This document shows, piece by piece, positions 19,064 to 29,242 of a stretch of DNA of 64,000 nucleotides. Made by a program: the position numbers and the translations under genes. The stretch's first letter is position 1. Every line of letters starts with the position of its first letter. This DNA is from Deltaproteobacteria bacterium (GTDB taxonomy: Bacteria > Desulfobacterota > Binatia > UBA9968): NCBI GenBank assembly GCA_009692615.1, contig SHYW01000001.1, forward strand, positions 14,348-78,347, in the 5' to 3' direction. The notes beneath the pieces were generated by a model. The model made no database searches. It saw only the letters and a program-made list of their open reading frames with translations, and was not told where the DNA came from.

Positions 19064-19128
19064 TAGAGATCAGAAGTTAGAAGTCAGAGTTCAGACGGCA
19101 GAAGTCAGCAAAGAATGGGAGGGTCGCC

Positions 19129-20118
19129 ATGAAGTTAAGAAGTCTTATCGCGGTGTTCGTAAGTCTTGTGTTCACAACAGCTTCATTCGCCGCCGCGCAA
19201 CAGCCGGCAAAAATCCCGCGCATCGGTTACGTGTCGGGAACCGGTGACGCGATTAATCAGGGTCCCTACGTCGAGGCATTGCGCCGAGGTCTGCGCGAGC
19301 TCGGTCACGTCGAGGGGAAAAACTTCATAATCGAGTATCGCGGCGCCGAGGGGAAACTAGATCGTGTCCCAAGTCTCGTAACCGAGCTTCTGCAACTCAA
19401 GGTGGATATCCTTGTCGCGTCGATTCCCCAAGCAATCTTCGCGGCAAAGAAGGCAACCCAAGCGATTCCGATTGTTATGGTAACCGGTCTGGATCCTGTC
19501 GCGACTGGACTTGTCGATAGCTTGGCGCACCCCGGAGGAAATATCACTGGACTCGCCACACTGAGTCTGGAGTTAAGCGAGAAGCGACTGGCGTTGCTTA
19601 AGGAGGTCGTGCCGCGGGTATCGCGCGTTGGAGTTCTGCGGAATCCAACCGAGCAAGCTGGAATTATTGCTTTCAAAGAGTATGAAACCGCGGCGCGCAT
19701 TCACAAAGTCTAACTACGATCCCTTGACGTTCAAGGGCCAAACCCTGACTTAGAGGCGGCTTTTCAAAGCGCGGCCAAAGCACGCGTGGGCGCGCTCATC
19801 ACCGTCACGACCGCGCCTCTGCTGCTGCAGTCGGAGCGAATCGCCCAACTGGCCATTAAGCACCGCTTGCCTTCGATGTTCCAAGGCGCAACTTGGGTAG
19901 ATGCGGGCGACCTGATGTCTTACTCAAGCAATGATCTTGACGCTTTTCGCCGCGCCGCCACGTACATTCACAAAATTCTCAAAGGCACGAAGCCCGCTGA
20001 TATACCCGTTGAGCAGCCGATGAAGTTCGAGTTCGTGATCAACTTGAAGACGGCGAAGCTGATCGGGCTGAACATCGCGCAGTCGGTGCTGTTCCGGGCG
20101 GACCGGGTGAATCAGTGA
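19129..20118 (+). pseudogene. ABC transporter substrate-binding protein (ABC_sub_bind/PF04392-type) interrupted by a single in-frame TAA
   Basis: ORFs 19129..19713 and 19786..20118 are in the same frame. Read together they align end-to-end with intact paralog 20126..21133. The only disruption is the TAA at 19711..19713; it aligns with a Leu codon in the paralog. Confidence 0.7.
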
Positions 20119-20125
20119 AGAAGGC

Positions 20126-21133
20126 ATGAGGCATGAGGCGAAAGTAATGAGAAATCAGATGAAACGATTTATTTTAGTATTAGCCCTGAGTTATTTGTTC
20201 TCATCGCTTAACGGTTTGACGCTGGTCGGCGCCGCGGAAAAAGTTCCGCGCATCGGTATTCTTTTCATGGGCGGCAAAGATCAGCCGCATCTGGAATCGT
20301 TCAAGCAAGGTCTGCGCGCGCTTGGTTACACGGAGGGGAAAAACATTATCATCGAGTACCGCTACGCCGAAGGCAACCAGGACCGGCTCGGCGATCTTGC
20401 CGCCGAGTTGGTGCGCGACAAAGTCGATGTCATCGTTACCACCTCTGGGATCAGCGCCAACGCGGCTCGACGGGTAACCCAAACGCTACCGATCGTCATG
20501 ACCACCGGCGATCCACTTGAGTCGGGGCTTGCCGCGAGCCTGGCGAAACCGGGCGGAAACGTGACCGGCTTGAGCATCATGTTGGCCGACATGAGCGTCA
20601 AGCGGCTAGAGCTGCTTAAAGAATCCTTTCCCAAACGAACCCGCGTTGCGGCGCTGTGGAGCCCGGGCCAGCGCGAAGCGGTCATCGGATTTAAAGAAAC
20701 TGTAGATGCCGCCAAAGTTTTATCCTTACGTTTGCATCCGTTGGAAATAAAGTCGGCCGCTGATATCGACCCCGCGTTCGATGCGATGACCAAGGCGCGC
20801 GACAGTGCACTGGTGGTAATCCTGTCGCCGCTCGCCACGCTGAACTCGAAACGCATCGTCGAGCTCGCGCTTAAGCACCGTCTACCGGGAATCTATCCGA
20901 CTCGACAGTTTGTCGAGGAGGGCGGGCTGATGGCCTACGGCCCGTTGATCGGCGATCTGTACCGCCGCGCGGCAACCTATGTGGACAAAATTCTCAAAGG
21001 AAGAACGCCCGCCGACCTGCCCATCGAGCAGCCGATGAAATTCGATTTCGTCATCAGCCTGATAGCGGCCAAGCAGATCGGCGTGACGGTTGCGCCGAAT
21101 GTGCTGGTGCGGGCGCAGAGGGTGATTCGATGA
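20126..21133 (+). CDS. ABC transporter substrate-binding protein (ABC_sub_bind family, PF04392)
   Basis: Signal peptide, then RIGILFMGG...GKNIIIEYRYAEGN...PIVMTTGDP..GGNVTGLS, the hallmark order of this family. Intact 335 aa. Confidence 0.8.
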   Translation: MRHEAKVMRNQMKRFILVLALSYLFSSLNGLTLVGAAEKVPRIGILFMGGKDQPHLESFKQGLRALGYTEGKNIIIEYRYAEGNQDRLGDLAAELVRDKVDVIVTTSGISANAARRVTQTLPIVMTTGDPLESGLAASLAKPGGNVTGLSIMLADMSVKRLELLKESFPKRTRVAALWSPGQREAVIGFKETVDAAKVLSLRLHPLEIKSAADIDPAFDAMTKARDSALVVILSPLATLNSKRIVELALKHRLPGIYPTRQFVEEGGLMAYGPLIGDLYRRAATYVDKILKGRTPADLPIEQPMKFDFVISLIAAKQIGVTVAPNVLVRAQRVIR

Positions 21134-21171
21134 GCCGAGTCGTTAAGGGGATTGAGTAACGATTGCCAATA

Positions 21172-21624
21172 TCAGGGTCCGGGCGACGGCGTGAGTTTGG
21201 TTTCGAGTGCGGCGACTTCTTGTAAGGCAAGCCACTCGTCCGGGTTGAGCACGGAGATCGTAGCGGCATCGAAGTCTTTTTTGTTTCGGGTGATGAGATG
21301 ATTGACGGCGATCGATTCAGCGCTGACAAGTTGAATATTGTCTTCAAAGTCGGGGCCTGCAGCGATGATTGCCCGATCGAGGACGGCTTGACTCAAAGCT
21401 ACCAGATGAAGCCCACTCAAGATCGCTTGGGCGTCGGCACGCGCGGTAGTTTCGTCTACGACTCTGCGCCGAAAGAAATAAATCAAGGGCAATGTGAGCG
21501 CGGATGTCGAGCTCTCGATCTCTTGCGAGCGCCGCGCCAGGTTAAGCACACGGAGACTCTCTGTCCAACCGCGCCGCTTGGTCATCACGTCAATGAAGAC
21601 ATTGACGTCGATGAAAATCTTCAA
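21172..21624 (-). CDS. vapC: Type II toxin-antitoxin system VapC family toxin (PIN domain)
   Basis: MKIFIDVNVFIDV N-terminus with conserved acidic PIN residues. 4-bp overlap with the upstream small antitoxin ORF. Confidence 0.8.
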   Translation of the reverse strand: MKIFIDVNVFIDVMTKRRGWTESLRVLNLARRSQEIESSTSALTLPLIYFFRRRVVDETTARADAQAILSGLHLVALSQAVLDRAIIAAGPDFEDNIQLVSAESIAVNHLITRNKKDFDAATISVLNPDEWLALQEVAALETKLTPSPGP

Positions 21625-21911
21625 TCGGTTATTCTCCGCGCAACGATCTCACGAATCAGCGCCTTGTCGTCCTCGACGGGATTTGCCGGATGGATACCGA
21701 CTAGGGCAAGAAGATCAGGATCGATCGCCACGTCGCGACACGGCTTTGCTAACTCGTCGCGGTCGGTGTCGTTGTGTCGCGCTAGCGCTTCATCCCGCTC
21801 TTTTTGTTCAAGGAGGGAAAGCAGCTGGCGTTCGAGGGCGCGCAAGGTCGATGCATCCTCGTTGCGCACGAGCTTGAGCAACTCATTTACTTGTTCTGGT
21901 GTTTTACCCAT
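21621..21911 (-). CDS. Putative antitoxin partner of VapC (unclassified family)
   Basis: ~97 aa ORF directly upstream of vapC, overlapping it by 4 bp (ATGA). No recognisable RHH/AbrB/Phd signature. Confidence 0.5.
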   Translation of the reverse strand: MGKTPEQVNELLKLVRNEDASTLRALERQLLSLLEQKERDEALARHNDTDRDELAKPCRDVAIDPDLLALVGIHPANPVEDDKALIREIVARRITD

Positions 21912-22034
21912 GGTGGACCAGATTATAGACGGCGGCCTGACCAAGGGTCAAGCTCGCACTGGGCGTCGATAAGATATTCGCCAAGCAGATCGGCTTGAAA
22001 ATACCGCTATTGATTGTTGCCTCATGCCTATCGC

Positions 22035-23024
22035 CTATCTGCCAAACGCGCCGCTCTTTTCCAACTCGACCAAATAGCGCCGGTCTATCATGTCGGCGGG
22101 CTTGATCGCTTTGGCGCGCGCGTCGAGAGGCGCGATCTCGTCGAGGGACGCTTGCAGCGCGGCTTCATGAATTTCCAAACGTTGCTCCAGCGCGGGGATC
22201 TCGGATTGGTAGGCGGCATCGAGCACTTTGGTGTCGGTGATGCGCATGTATTTGCCGATCACCTTGTAAACGAAGGCTCGGTCCGTGTGCATGATTCTCG
22301 ACGCTTCCGCCATGGAGCGCATGAAGCGGCCGATGACCGGGCCGCGTTTGTTGATCAACGAGCGCAGGGTGACGACGCAGGTCGCGGCGTAGGGAATCTT
22401 GAGATCAAAACCGTTGACGACATAACGGTAGCCGCGAGACGCCACCTGAAAGTCTCCCGGCGCTACCAATCCAGCGGCGTCGACGTTGCCGCCGAGCAGC
22501 GCTGCGACCGTTTCCGGTCCGCCGCCGGTTTGAATGGTCTGAATGTCACGGCTGGCATCCATGCCCAAACGTTTCAGCGCTTGTACGACGAAAAAGTGGG
22601 TGTTGCCGCCGAAGCGGCCGACGGCGACTTTCTTGCCCTTGAGATCTTGCGGGCTCTTGATGTCGGCCTTGCCCATGATGCTGTGGGTTAAAAAATTTTT
22701 CATGCCGCCGATGAAGACTAGATCGGTGCTGCCTTGAACGATGGCGCGGACGTTGGCAACCGCGCCGGTGACGCCGATCTCGGCATCGCCGCTCAACGTC
22801 GCCGCGGTGGCGACCGGCGACGAGGGGATGAAAACTAAATTGAAGTCGAGATCGTATTTCTTGAACAGGCCGGCTTCCCGCGCGATCCAGGGCATCGACT
22901 GCGACAACACTTGCGCCGAGTGAAGACCGATCAACCGGTCCGCGGACCTGGCGTGTCTGGGACAGCCGATGGTCATGATGGAGACGAGCAGAATGGACAA
23001 TGAGATTTTGTCGGCGATTCGCAT
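22035..23024 (-). CDS. ABC transporter substrate-binding protein (NMT1/THI5-like, NitT/TauT/SsuA family)
   Basis: Signal peptide. MPWIAREAGLFKKYDLDF and the two-lobe NMT1 pattern. Paralogs at 38582, 39732 and 51304. Confidence 0.75.
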   Translation of the reverse strand: MRIADKISLSILLVSIMTIGCPRHARSADRLIGLHSAQVLSQSMPWIAREAGLFKKYDLDFNLVFIPSSPVATAATLSGDAEIGVTGAVANVRAIVQGSTDLVFIGGMKNFLTHSIMGKADIKSPQDLKGKKVAVGRFGGNTHFFVVQALKRLGMDASRDIQTIQTGGGPETVAALLGGNVDAAGLVAPGDFQVASRGYRYVVNGFDLKIPYAATCVVTLRSLINKRGPVIGRFMRSMAEASRIMHTDRAFVYKVIGKYMRITDTKVLDAAYQSEIPALEQRLEIHEAALQASLDEIAPLDARAKAIKPADMIDRRYLVELEKSGAFGR

Positions 23025-23038
23025 TTTCGTGGTCCTCC

Positions 23039-24340
23039 TTAACGCGTCATCACGGCTAACGATTCAACATGAAAGGTTTGGGGAAAAAAATCGATCGGTT
23101 GCACTGAGCGAAGTTTATAACCCAGCTTGGCGAGGTTGGCCAGGTCGCGCGCCAAGGTCGTCGGGTTGCAAGAGACGTAAATAATTTTCTCGGCTTTGAG
23201 CGCGGCCAAGTCGGCTTCGATGCCTTTGGCGCCGGTGCGCGGCGGGTCGAGGACGATTTTGTGATAGCTCTGCCGTTGGCGTTTTAGGCGCGCCACTGCT
23301 TGGGGCACGCTGGCGCATTGCCATTCGATATTTTCCAGCCGATAGCGCTGCGCGTTGAGTTCGCCGCTGGCAATCGCCGCGCGATGACCTTCGATAGCCG
23401 TCACCTGGGCGACGCGACGAGCCATTGGCAAAGTGAAATTGCCGGCGCCGCAGTAGAGATCGAGAACCTTATCTTGGGGTTTAAAATCGCCGGCGGCGAG
23501 CAGTTGCTCGATCATTTGCCGGTTGCCGTCGCTGTTTACTTGAGTGAAGACATCGGCGTCGACTTCGAGCGTGAGTTCTCCTTGGAGTCTGACGGTGATC
23601 AGCGTGCGGCCGTAAACTTTTCGTTCGTGGCGCGTTTGAATGATCAAGCCGCCGATGCCGTTGTCGGCGCCGACCAATCGTTCGCAGGCTGACTCGTTGC
23701 CAGTGAGAAACGACTCGGCTGGCTGGGCGACCGCGACGAGTTCGTTAGCTTCATCGCCGCCGACCAGCTCCAAATGTTCGATTGCGCCGTTGAGTTCGTT
23801 GAGCCAACGGCGCAGTTCAGCGAGTGGCGCGTTCAAGCGCGCGTCGGCGATCGAGCAGGAGTCGATTTCGACAATGCTGTGGGAGCCGGGGGCGAAGAAT
23901 CCCAAAGTGCCATCGGCGCCGACTTGCAGACGAATGCGCCGGCGATAGTGAAATGGATCGTCGGCGGCGATGATCGGCTTCAGTTCAAAATCGCCGAGCT
24001 TGCCGATGCGCCCGAGCGCGTCGGCGACGCTTTGCTGTTTGGCTTTGAGTTGCGCCGGATAGTTTAGATGCTGCCAGGAGCAGCCGCCGCAACGGCCGAC
24101 GTAAGGGCAGGGCGGTGTTTGGCGCAGCGGCGAGGGCTCGATGAGGCGCAGGATTTCGCCGATAGCGTAGCGCTCTTTGGATTCGACAATCCGCGCCAGG
24201 AGCTTATCGCCAGGCGCGCTGTCGGCGATCATCACCGCCTTGCCATCCAGGCGGCCGACGCCGTAAGGCCCGTAGGCGAGAGCGTCGATAACGATCTCGG
24301 CCTCTGGTTTGAGTTCAACTTTCGCGTTAGTCTGTGCCAT
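23039..24340 (-). CDS. rlmD: 23S rRNA (uracil(1939)-C(5))-methyltransferase RlmD (TRAM + 4Fe-4S + class I MTase)
   Basis: N-terminal TRAM domain. Cys cluster CPYVGRCGGCSWQH. SAM-binding LDLYCGAGNFTLP. Catalytic ...DPPRTG... The real start is probably MAQTNAKV; the ORF-track start extends into the promoter. Confidence 0.85.
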   Translation of the reverse strand: MAQTNAKVELKPEAEIVIDALAYGPYGVGRLDGKAVMIADSAPGDKLLARIVESKERYAIGEILRLIEPSPLRQTPPCPYVGRCGGCSWQHLNYPAQLKAKQQSVADALGRIGKLGDFELKPIIAADDPFHYRRRIRLQVGADGTLGFFAPGSHSIVEIDSCSIADARLNAPLAELRRWLNELNGAIEHLELVGGDEANELVAVAQPAESFLTGNESACERLVGADNGIGGLIIQTRHERKVYGRTLITVRLQGELTLEVDADVFTQVNSDGNRQMIEQLLAAGDFKPQDKVLDLYCGAGNFTLPMARRVAQVTAIEGHRAAIASGELNAQRYRLENIEWQCASVPQAVARLKRQRQSYHKIVLDPPRTGAKGIEADLAALKAEKIIYVSCNPTTLARDLANLAKLGYKLRSVQPIDFFPQTFHVESLAVMTR

Positions 24341-24419
24341 CTGTGCAATCCGGACAAAGAAACAAGAACATTTAACCGCAAAGAACGCAAAGTAGGCAAA
24401 GAAAAAACATCGGCAAGAC

Positions 24420-24785
24420 ATGGAACCGCAAGACGATCCGCGCTTTATCAAAGGCATCGAGGAGTTTAACCGGCAGCTTTTTTTTGAGTGTCATGAGACC
24501 CTCGAAGAGTTGTGGCTCGAAGAGCGCGGCGAAGACCGCAAGTTTTATCAAGGCATCATTCAAGTCGCCGCCGGCTATTACAAGTTGCAACAGGGTGTGC
24601 CGGTTGGCGCGCTCAAGTTGTGGCGTACGGGACTAGAAAAGCTTCAGCCCTTCGAGCCGGTCTACTACGGCATCAACGTCGAGTCGTTGATCGGCGCCGT
24701 ACGCGCCAACTTGGCGCAGTTGGAAGCCGGCGAACCCAACGCCGTCGATGTCTTGTTGCCGCCGACCATCGCATTGTTCTGCTAA
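24420..24785 (+). CDS. DUF309 domain-containing protein
   Basis: FNRQLFFECHETLEELWLEERGEDRKFYQGIIQVAAGYYKLQQG matches the DUF309 consensus. Confidence 0.6.
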   Translation: MEPQDDPRFIKGIEEFNRQLFFECHETLEELWLEERGEDRKFYQGIIQVAAGYYKLQQGVPVGALKLWRTGLEKLQPFEPVYYGINVESLIGAVRANLAQLEAGEPNAVDVLLPPTIALFC

Positions 24786-24794
24786 CCAACCCGC

Positions 24795-25481
24795 ATGATC
24801 CGCTGCCGCGACCTTCACAAAGTTTATCAGCAGGGCGACAATCGGATTACCGCGCTGGCGGGGATCTCATTGGAGATCGCCAAGGGTTCGTTCACCGCGG
24901 TGATGGGGCCGAGCGGCTCGGGCAAGAGCACGCTGCTGCATTTAATCGGCGGTTTGGACCGGCCGAGCGGCGGTGAATTGTTGGTCGACGGCCGCTTGAT
25001 CGGCCAGATGGCCGACGACGAGATCACGCTGTTTCGGCGCACGCAGATCGGTTTTGTTTTTCAGTTTTTCAATTTGCTGCCGACGCTGAGCGCGCTGGAA
25101 AACGTCGCGCTGCCCTTCGTGCTCGACGGTAAATCCAAATCGGAAGCCGACGGCCGGGCGAATGCGCTGCTCACCAAAGTCGGTTTGCACAATCGCCAAC
25201 ATCATTTGCCTGAAGCGATGTCGGGCGGCGAAATCCAACGCATCGCTATCGCTCGCGCACTGTCGTTCAATCCGCCGGTGCTGCTCGCCGACGAACCCAC
25301 CGGCAACCTCGACTCCAAGACCGGCGCCAGCATTCTCGCCCTGCTCAGCCAAATCAATCAAGAAGAAGGCTGCACGGTGGTGATGGTGACGCACAGTGGC
25401 GAGGCGGCGGGATTTGCCAGTGGGCGGATTTATTTGCGCGACGGAAGATTGGAACCGGCAGGGGTGAAGGGTGAAGGGTAA
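24795..25481 (+). CDS. ABC transporter ATP-binding protein (LolD/MacB/FtsE-like)
   Basis: Walker A GPSGSGKST, Q-loop, signature LSGGEIQRIAIARAL, Walker B LLADEPTGNLD. Confidence 0.85.
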   Translation: MIRCRDLHKVYQQGDNRITALAGISLEIAKGSFTAVMGPSGSGKSTLLHLIGGLDRPSGGELLVDGRLIGQMADDEITLFRRTQIGFVFQFFNLLPTLSALENVALPFVLDGKSKSEADGRANALLTKVGLHNRQHHLPEAMSGGEIQRIAIARALSFNPPVLLADEPTGNLDSKTGASILALLSQINQEEGCTVVMVTHSGEAAGFASGRIYLRDGRLEPAGVKGEG

Positions 25482-25536
25482 CCCCGCTTTCTTCGATGCG
25501 CCTTACCCCTAACCCTTTACCCCTTACCGTATTTGC

Positions 25537-28119
25537 ATGCTGCGTTTATTAACTACCATCTCCTGGCGTCATGTGCGGCGCCATCGGCTGCGCACGCTAC
25601 TTACTTTCTTAGGTATGGCGCTGGGCGTGGCGGTGATTGTCGCCATCGCTTTGGTCAATCGTTCGCTCACCACTTCGTTTCAATCGACCATCGAACAGAT
25701 CGCCGGTAGGGCGGTGTTGCAGGTGAGCAACAGCGAGAGCGGTTTTGCCGAGGCGTTGTTTCCGATCGTTCGCGACACCGACGGAGTTGCCGATGTCGCC
25801 GCGGCGGTGGACGGCTTTTTGCCCGTGAGCGGTGTGCCCTCGGAGCGGCTCTATGTTTACGGCGTCGACTTGCTGACCGATTTCGTCATGCGCGATCATC
25901 AATTTGTCGGCGCTGATTTTGGATTCGATGGCGCCTTAGATTTTATCGCTCAGCCGGACTCCATCGCTCTCACCGAAACGTTTGCGCACCGTTACGGCTT
26001 GCTACTGGGCTCGGCGATCACGCTCAACACCAGCCTGGGCAAACAGGTCTATCGCGTGCGCGCCTTGCTCAAAGAAACCGGCACGGCGAAAGTGTTCGGC
26101 GGCAACTTCGCCTTGATGGATTTGCCTACCGCGCAACGTGCTTTCGGCAAACAGGGCAAACTCGACATCGTCGACATTACCGTCGAAGCGGGCGCGTCCA
26201 TCGAAAGCGTGCAAGCGCGCCTGCGCCAGCGCCTCGCCGGCGCCGTCGATGTCGAGCGGCCGAGAAAGCGCGGCGAACAGATCGAGTCGCTGCTCACTTC
26301 CTTTCGGGTCGGACTTTTCTTCGTTAGCTTGATCGCGCTGTTCGTCGGTTTTTTTCTGATCTACAACACGGTGGCGGTGTCCGTGGTCCAGCGCAAACGG
26401 GAGTTCGGCACCCTGCGTTGCATCGGCATGCGGCGCGGCGAGCTGTTGCGTCTGATCGTGGTCGAAGCGTTATTGCTGGCCATCGTCGGCGCCGCCATCG
26501 GCTGCGTGATCGGCTGGGCGCTGGCGCAAGCCGCGCTGTTGGCCGTGGGCGAGACCGTGCGTAATCTTTTTTCTTCCATCGGTCTCAGCGGCAGCAGTCT
26601 CACGCCGCGCGAGCTTGGCCTGGCTTTGGCGAGCGCCATCGGCGTCGCCCTATTCGCGGCGTTGCATCCGGCCCTCGATGCGGTTTCGATCAGCCCGCTG
26701 GAAAATGCCCGCCAAGCTCTGTGGCGGCCGGTGTTTGACGGGCGCAAGTCTTGGGCGACGCGCTTTGGCATCATCAGTTTTGCCGTCGCGCTGGCGCTGA
26801 TCGGCGCGGCGCCGCTGATTTCCGGCGCGGTGCGCCAATTTAGCTTCGGCGTCGTTGGTATGTTGATATTCTTGCTCGGTCTAGCCTTCTTCGCGCCGCT
26901 GATCATTCATCATGCGGTGCGCGGCTTCTGGCGCTCATCGCTGCGCTTTCCCGGTATCAGCTGGGCTGAAAGCCGTTTAGCAGCGGACAGCTTGCGCCGT
27001 AATCCGTTTCGCTCGGCGATCACGGTGGCGACGTTGATCATCAGTTTGGCAGCGATTTTTACCATCGCCGCCTTCGTCAACAGCGTGCGCGGCTCGCTCC
27101 TAGCGTGGGTCGATCAGATGGTGACGGCGGATATTATCATCAGCTCCGGCGCCCGAACCGCCGGGCCGCGCAATGTCTCGTTGCACGAAGAGCCGACGGC
27201 GGGCTTGCGCGCGTTGCCGGGAGTCAAGGTCGTCGATCTTTATCGGTTGGTGCGGGCCAATTATCAAGGCCGACCCATCGTCGTCGAATCGTTTTCCGCG
27301 GTGGCCTCGGCGAGCGTGCGCACGCTGCCGATGGCTGAGGGCAATGGCGCGCGGGCGTTGCGCGAGATGGCCGAAGGCAAAGGCGCGATCATCAGCGAAA
27401 GCTTTCAAACTCGCTTTAAGAAAAACCTCGGCGACGACATCGAGATCGTCACGCCGAGCGGCCCGGCGACCTTCAAAGTGTTGGCGGTCTACATCGACTA
27501 CTCGTCGGATATCGGCAGCGTGCTGATCGATCGGGCGCTTTATAAAAAATATTGGCGCGATGAATTGGTCGATGCTTTCGATCTCTGGTTGGAACCTGGC
27601 GCCGACATGCCGGCGCTGATTCAGCGCATTAAAGACGACTACGGCGAACGCTATCGACTGTTCATCAGCAGCCACCGCGAACTCAAGGACGCCGTCGTGC
27701 GCATCATGGAGCAATCCTTCGTGGTCAATTACGCCGTCGAAATCGTCGCCATCGTCGTCGCGATCTTCAGCGTGATCAATACTATGTTAGCGTCGGTGCT
27801 CGACCGTGGCCGCGAGATCGGCGTGTTGCGCGCCATCGGCGCCACTCAGGTGCAAGTGCGGCGCAGCATCGTCATGGAAGCGGCAGCGATGGGTTTGATC
27901 GGCGGTCTACTCGGTCTGTTCGCCGGCTCGCTGATGGCCTATCATCATGTGGTCTACAACACCAAGTTGCTCACCGGCTGGACGTTTCAGTTTTATTATC
28001 CTTACGGCATCGCCGGTTTGTCGGTGTTCGCCGCGATAATCCTGTGCGGCCTCGCCGGCTGGGGCCCGGCGAAACAAGCGGCGTCAACGCCGATCGTCAC
28101 TGCGATCGGGTATGAATAA
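25537..28119 (+). CDS. ABC transporter permease with two FtsX-like domains (MacB/LolCE-like, 860 aa)
   Basis: Two repeats of a TM helix, a large extracytoplasmic MacB_PCD-like domain and a 3-TM FtsX module. Directly downstream of the ATPase. Confidence 0.85.
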   Translation: MLRLLTTISWRHVRRHRLRTLLTFLGMALGVAVIVAIALVNRSLTTSFQSTIEQIAGRAVLQVSNSESGFAEALFPIVRDTDGVADVAAAVDGFLPVSGVPSERLYVYGVDLLTDFVMRDHQFVGADFGFDGALDFIAQPDSIALTETFAHRYGLLLGSAITLNTSLGKQVYRVRALLKETGTAKVFGGNFALMDLPTAQRAFGKQGKLDIVDITVEAGASIESVQARLRQRLAGAVDVERPRKRGEQIESLLTSFRVGLFFVSLIALFVGFFLIYNTVAVSVVQRKREFGTLRCIGMRRGELLRLIVVEALLLAIVGAAIGCVIGWALAQAALLAVGETVRNLFSSIGLSGSSLTPRELGLALASAIGVALFAALHPALDAVSISPLENARQALWRPVFDGRKSWATRFGIISFAVALALIGAAPLISGAVRQFSFGVVGMLIFLLGLAFFAPLIIHHAVRGFWRSSLRFPGISWAESRLAADSLRRNPFRSAITVATLIISLAAIFTIAAFVNSVRGSLLAWVDQMVTADIIISSGARTAGPRNVSLHEEPTAGLRALPGVKVVDLYRLVRANYQGRPIVVESFSAVASASVRTLPMAEGNGARALREMAEGKGAIISESFQTRFKKNLGDDIEIVTPSGPATFKVLAVYIDYSSDIGSVLIDRALYKKYWRDELVDAFDLWLEPGADMPALIQRIKDDYGERYRLFISSHRELKDAVVRIMEQSFVVNYAVEIVAIVVAIFSVINTMLASVLDRGREIGVLRAIGATQVQVRRSIVMEAAAMGLIGGLLGLFAGSLMAYHHVVYNTKLLTGWTFQFYYPYGIAGLSVFAAIILCGLAGWGPAKQAASTPIVTAIGYE

Positions 28120-28167
28120 GATCGATTAGCCGCAAAGAACGCAAAGTCGGGGAATCTCCGATTCTCG

Positions 28168-28728
28168 CTACGAGGTCGGCAGTTCGGTGAACATGACGAA
28201 GCGGGCGCGGCGGTTTTGCACGCGGCATTCTTCGCTGGCTTCGAAGCAGGCGGGGGCTTCTTTGCCGTAGCTGATGGTCACTAATCGGTCGGCGGCGATG
28301 CCTTGTTCGATTAAGAAAGCTTTCGCCGCTTGGGCACGCTTGGCGCCTAGCGCGAGGTTGTATTCCGCCGAGCCGACATCGTCGCAGTGGCCTTCGACTT
28401 CCACTCTGGCTTTGGCATTGGCTTTCATCCACGCGGCGTTTTTCTTGAGCACTTCCTGGGCCTCGGCTTCGAGGTCGACACTGTCGAATTTGTAATAGAC
28501 ATCTTGCAGCGCAGCGCCCGGCGGGGTGACCGCGGCGACGCCGCGGTTGATCGCTTCCAAGGCCGACGGCGAGCGCGCCGCGACCGTGGTTGGCGCCGGG
28601 TTGAGCGAGGTCGATGTCGAGAACAAGTTGGCGATCGGCGATTCGTTGGCTGTGCACCCGGCGAGAACGATAGCCGCGCAAAAATAGCCGACGGTGAAAC
28701 TTCTAGAGCGAATTGTTAGATTGAACAT
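28168..28728 (-). CDS. pal: Peptidoglycan-associated lipoprotein Pal / OmpA-family protein
   Basis: Lipobox LAGC. OmpA-like domain (YYKFDSVDLEAEAQEVL...VEVEGHCDDVGSAEYNLALGAKRAQAAKAFL...ISYGKE). Confidence 0.8.
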   Translation of the reverse strand: MFNLTIRSRSFTVGYFCAAIVLAGCTANESPIANLFSTSTSLNPAPTTVAARSPSALEAINRGVAAVTPPGAALQDVYYKFDSVDLEAEAQEVLKKNAAWMKANAKARVEVEGHCDDVGSAEYNLALGAKRAQAAKAFLIEQGIAADRLVTISYGKEAPACFEASEECRVQNRRARFVMFTELPTS

Positions 28729-28819
28729 GATCAGCGAATAATAAAAAGTTATAGATCATCCTCGCGATTTGATCGCGGCTTGTCAAGTTTTTTTGCCAAT
28801 TATTGTCGCGCGTGGCGAT

Positions 28820-29242
28820 TCATTTGAGTTCGCCAGTCCACCGCGAAAAAATCGCACCACAGATTGCCCCGAAGGAATCGATCATGACATCCGCCAAGCT
28901 GGCGCTGCGGCTCGGCACGAAGGCTTGATGCCATTCGTCGCTCGCCGCGTAGATCGTTGCTATGACAATGCACCAGAGCCCGCGGACGATGGGCGATCGC
29001 TTGGGAAATTCCCGGCGCACAGCGCGGAGGAGCAAACTGGCGAGAATGAAATATTCGCTCCAGTGGCCGAGCTTGCGTAGAGTGAGATGGATGGCGGCGA
29101 ATTGTGCGGCGCTGAGGGCGGGAAATAGTGCGGCGAGTAGCGGTTCGAGCCAGGAGGCGGTGTTGGCGCCATAAAAATTATCGCCGGAGAAAAAGAAAAT
29201 CACCGCCATCCAACCGGCCACCGGTCCCCAGCTTTTCATCAT
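28820..29242 (-). CDS. VanZ family protein
   Basis: Four-TM small membrane protein with a VanZ-like pattern (..HLTLRKLGHWSEYFILASLL.. SDEWHQAFVPSRSASLADVMIDSFG). Confidence 0.6.
   Translation of the reverse strand: MMKSWGPVAGWMAVIFFFSGDNFYGANTASWLEPLLAALFPALSAAQFAAIHLTLRKLGHWSEYFILASLLLRAVRREFPKRSPIVRGLWCIVIATIYAASDEWHQAFVPSRSASLADVMIDSFGAICGAIFSRWTGELK

Noticed and set aside
25455-25535. GGTGAAGGGTGAAGGGTAA / TTACCCCTAACCCTTTACCCCTTACC inverted repeat between the ABC ATPase and its permease
   Set aside because: The first arm encodes the C-terminus (GVKGEG) of the ATPase. The complementarity is imperfect and lies within an operon. Likely a weak local hairpin rather than a discrete element; not called.
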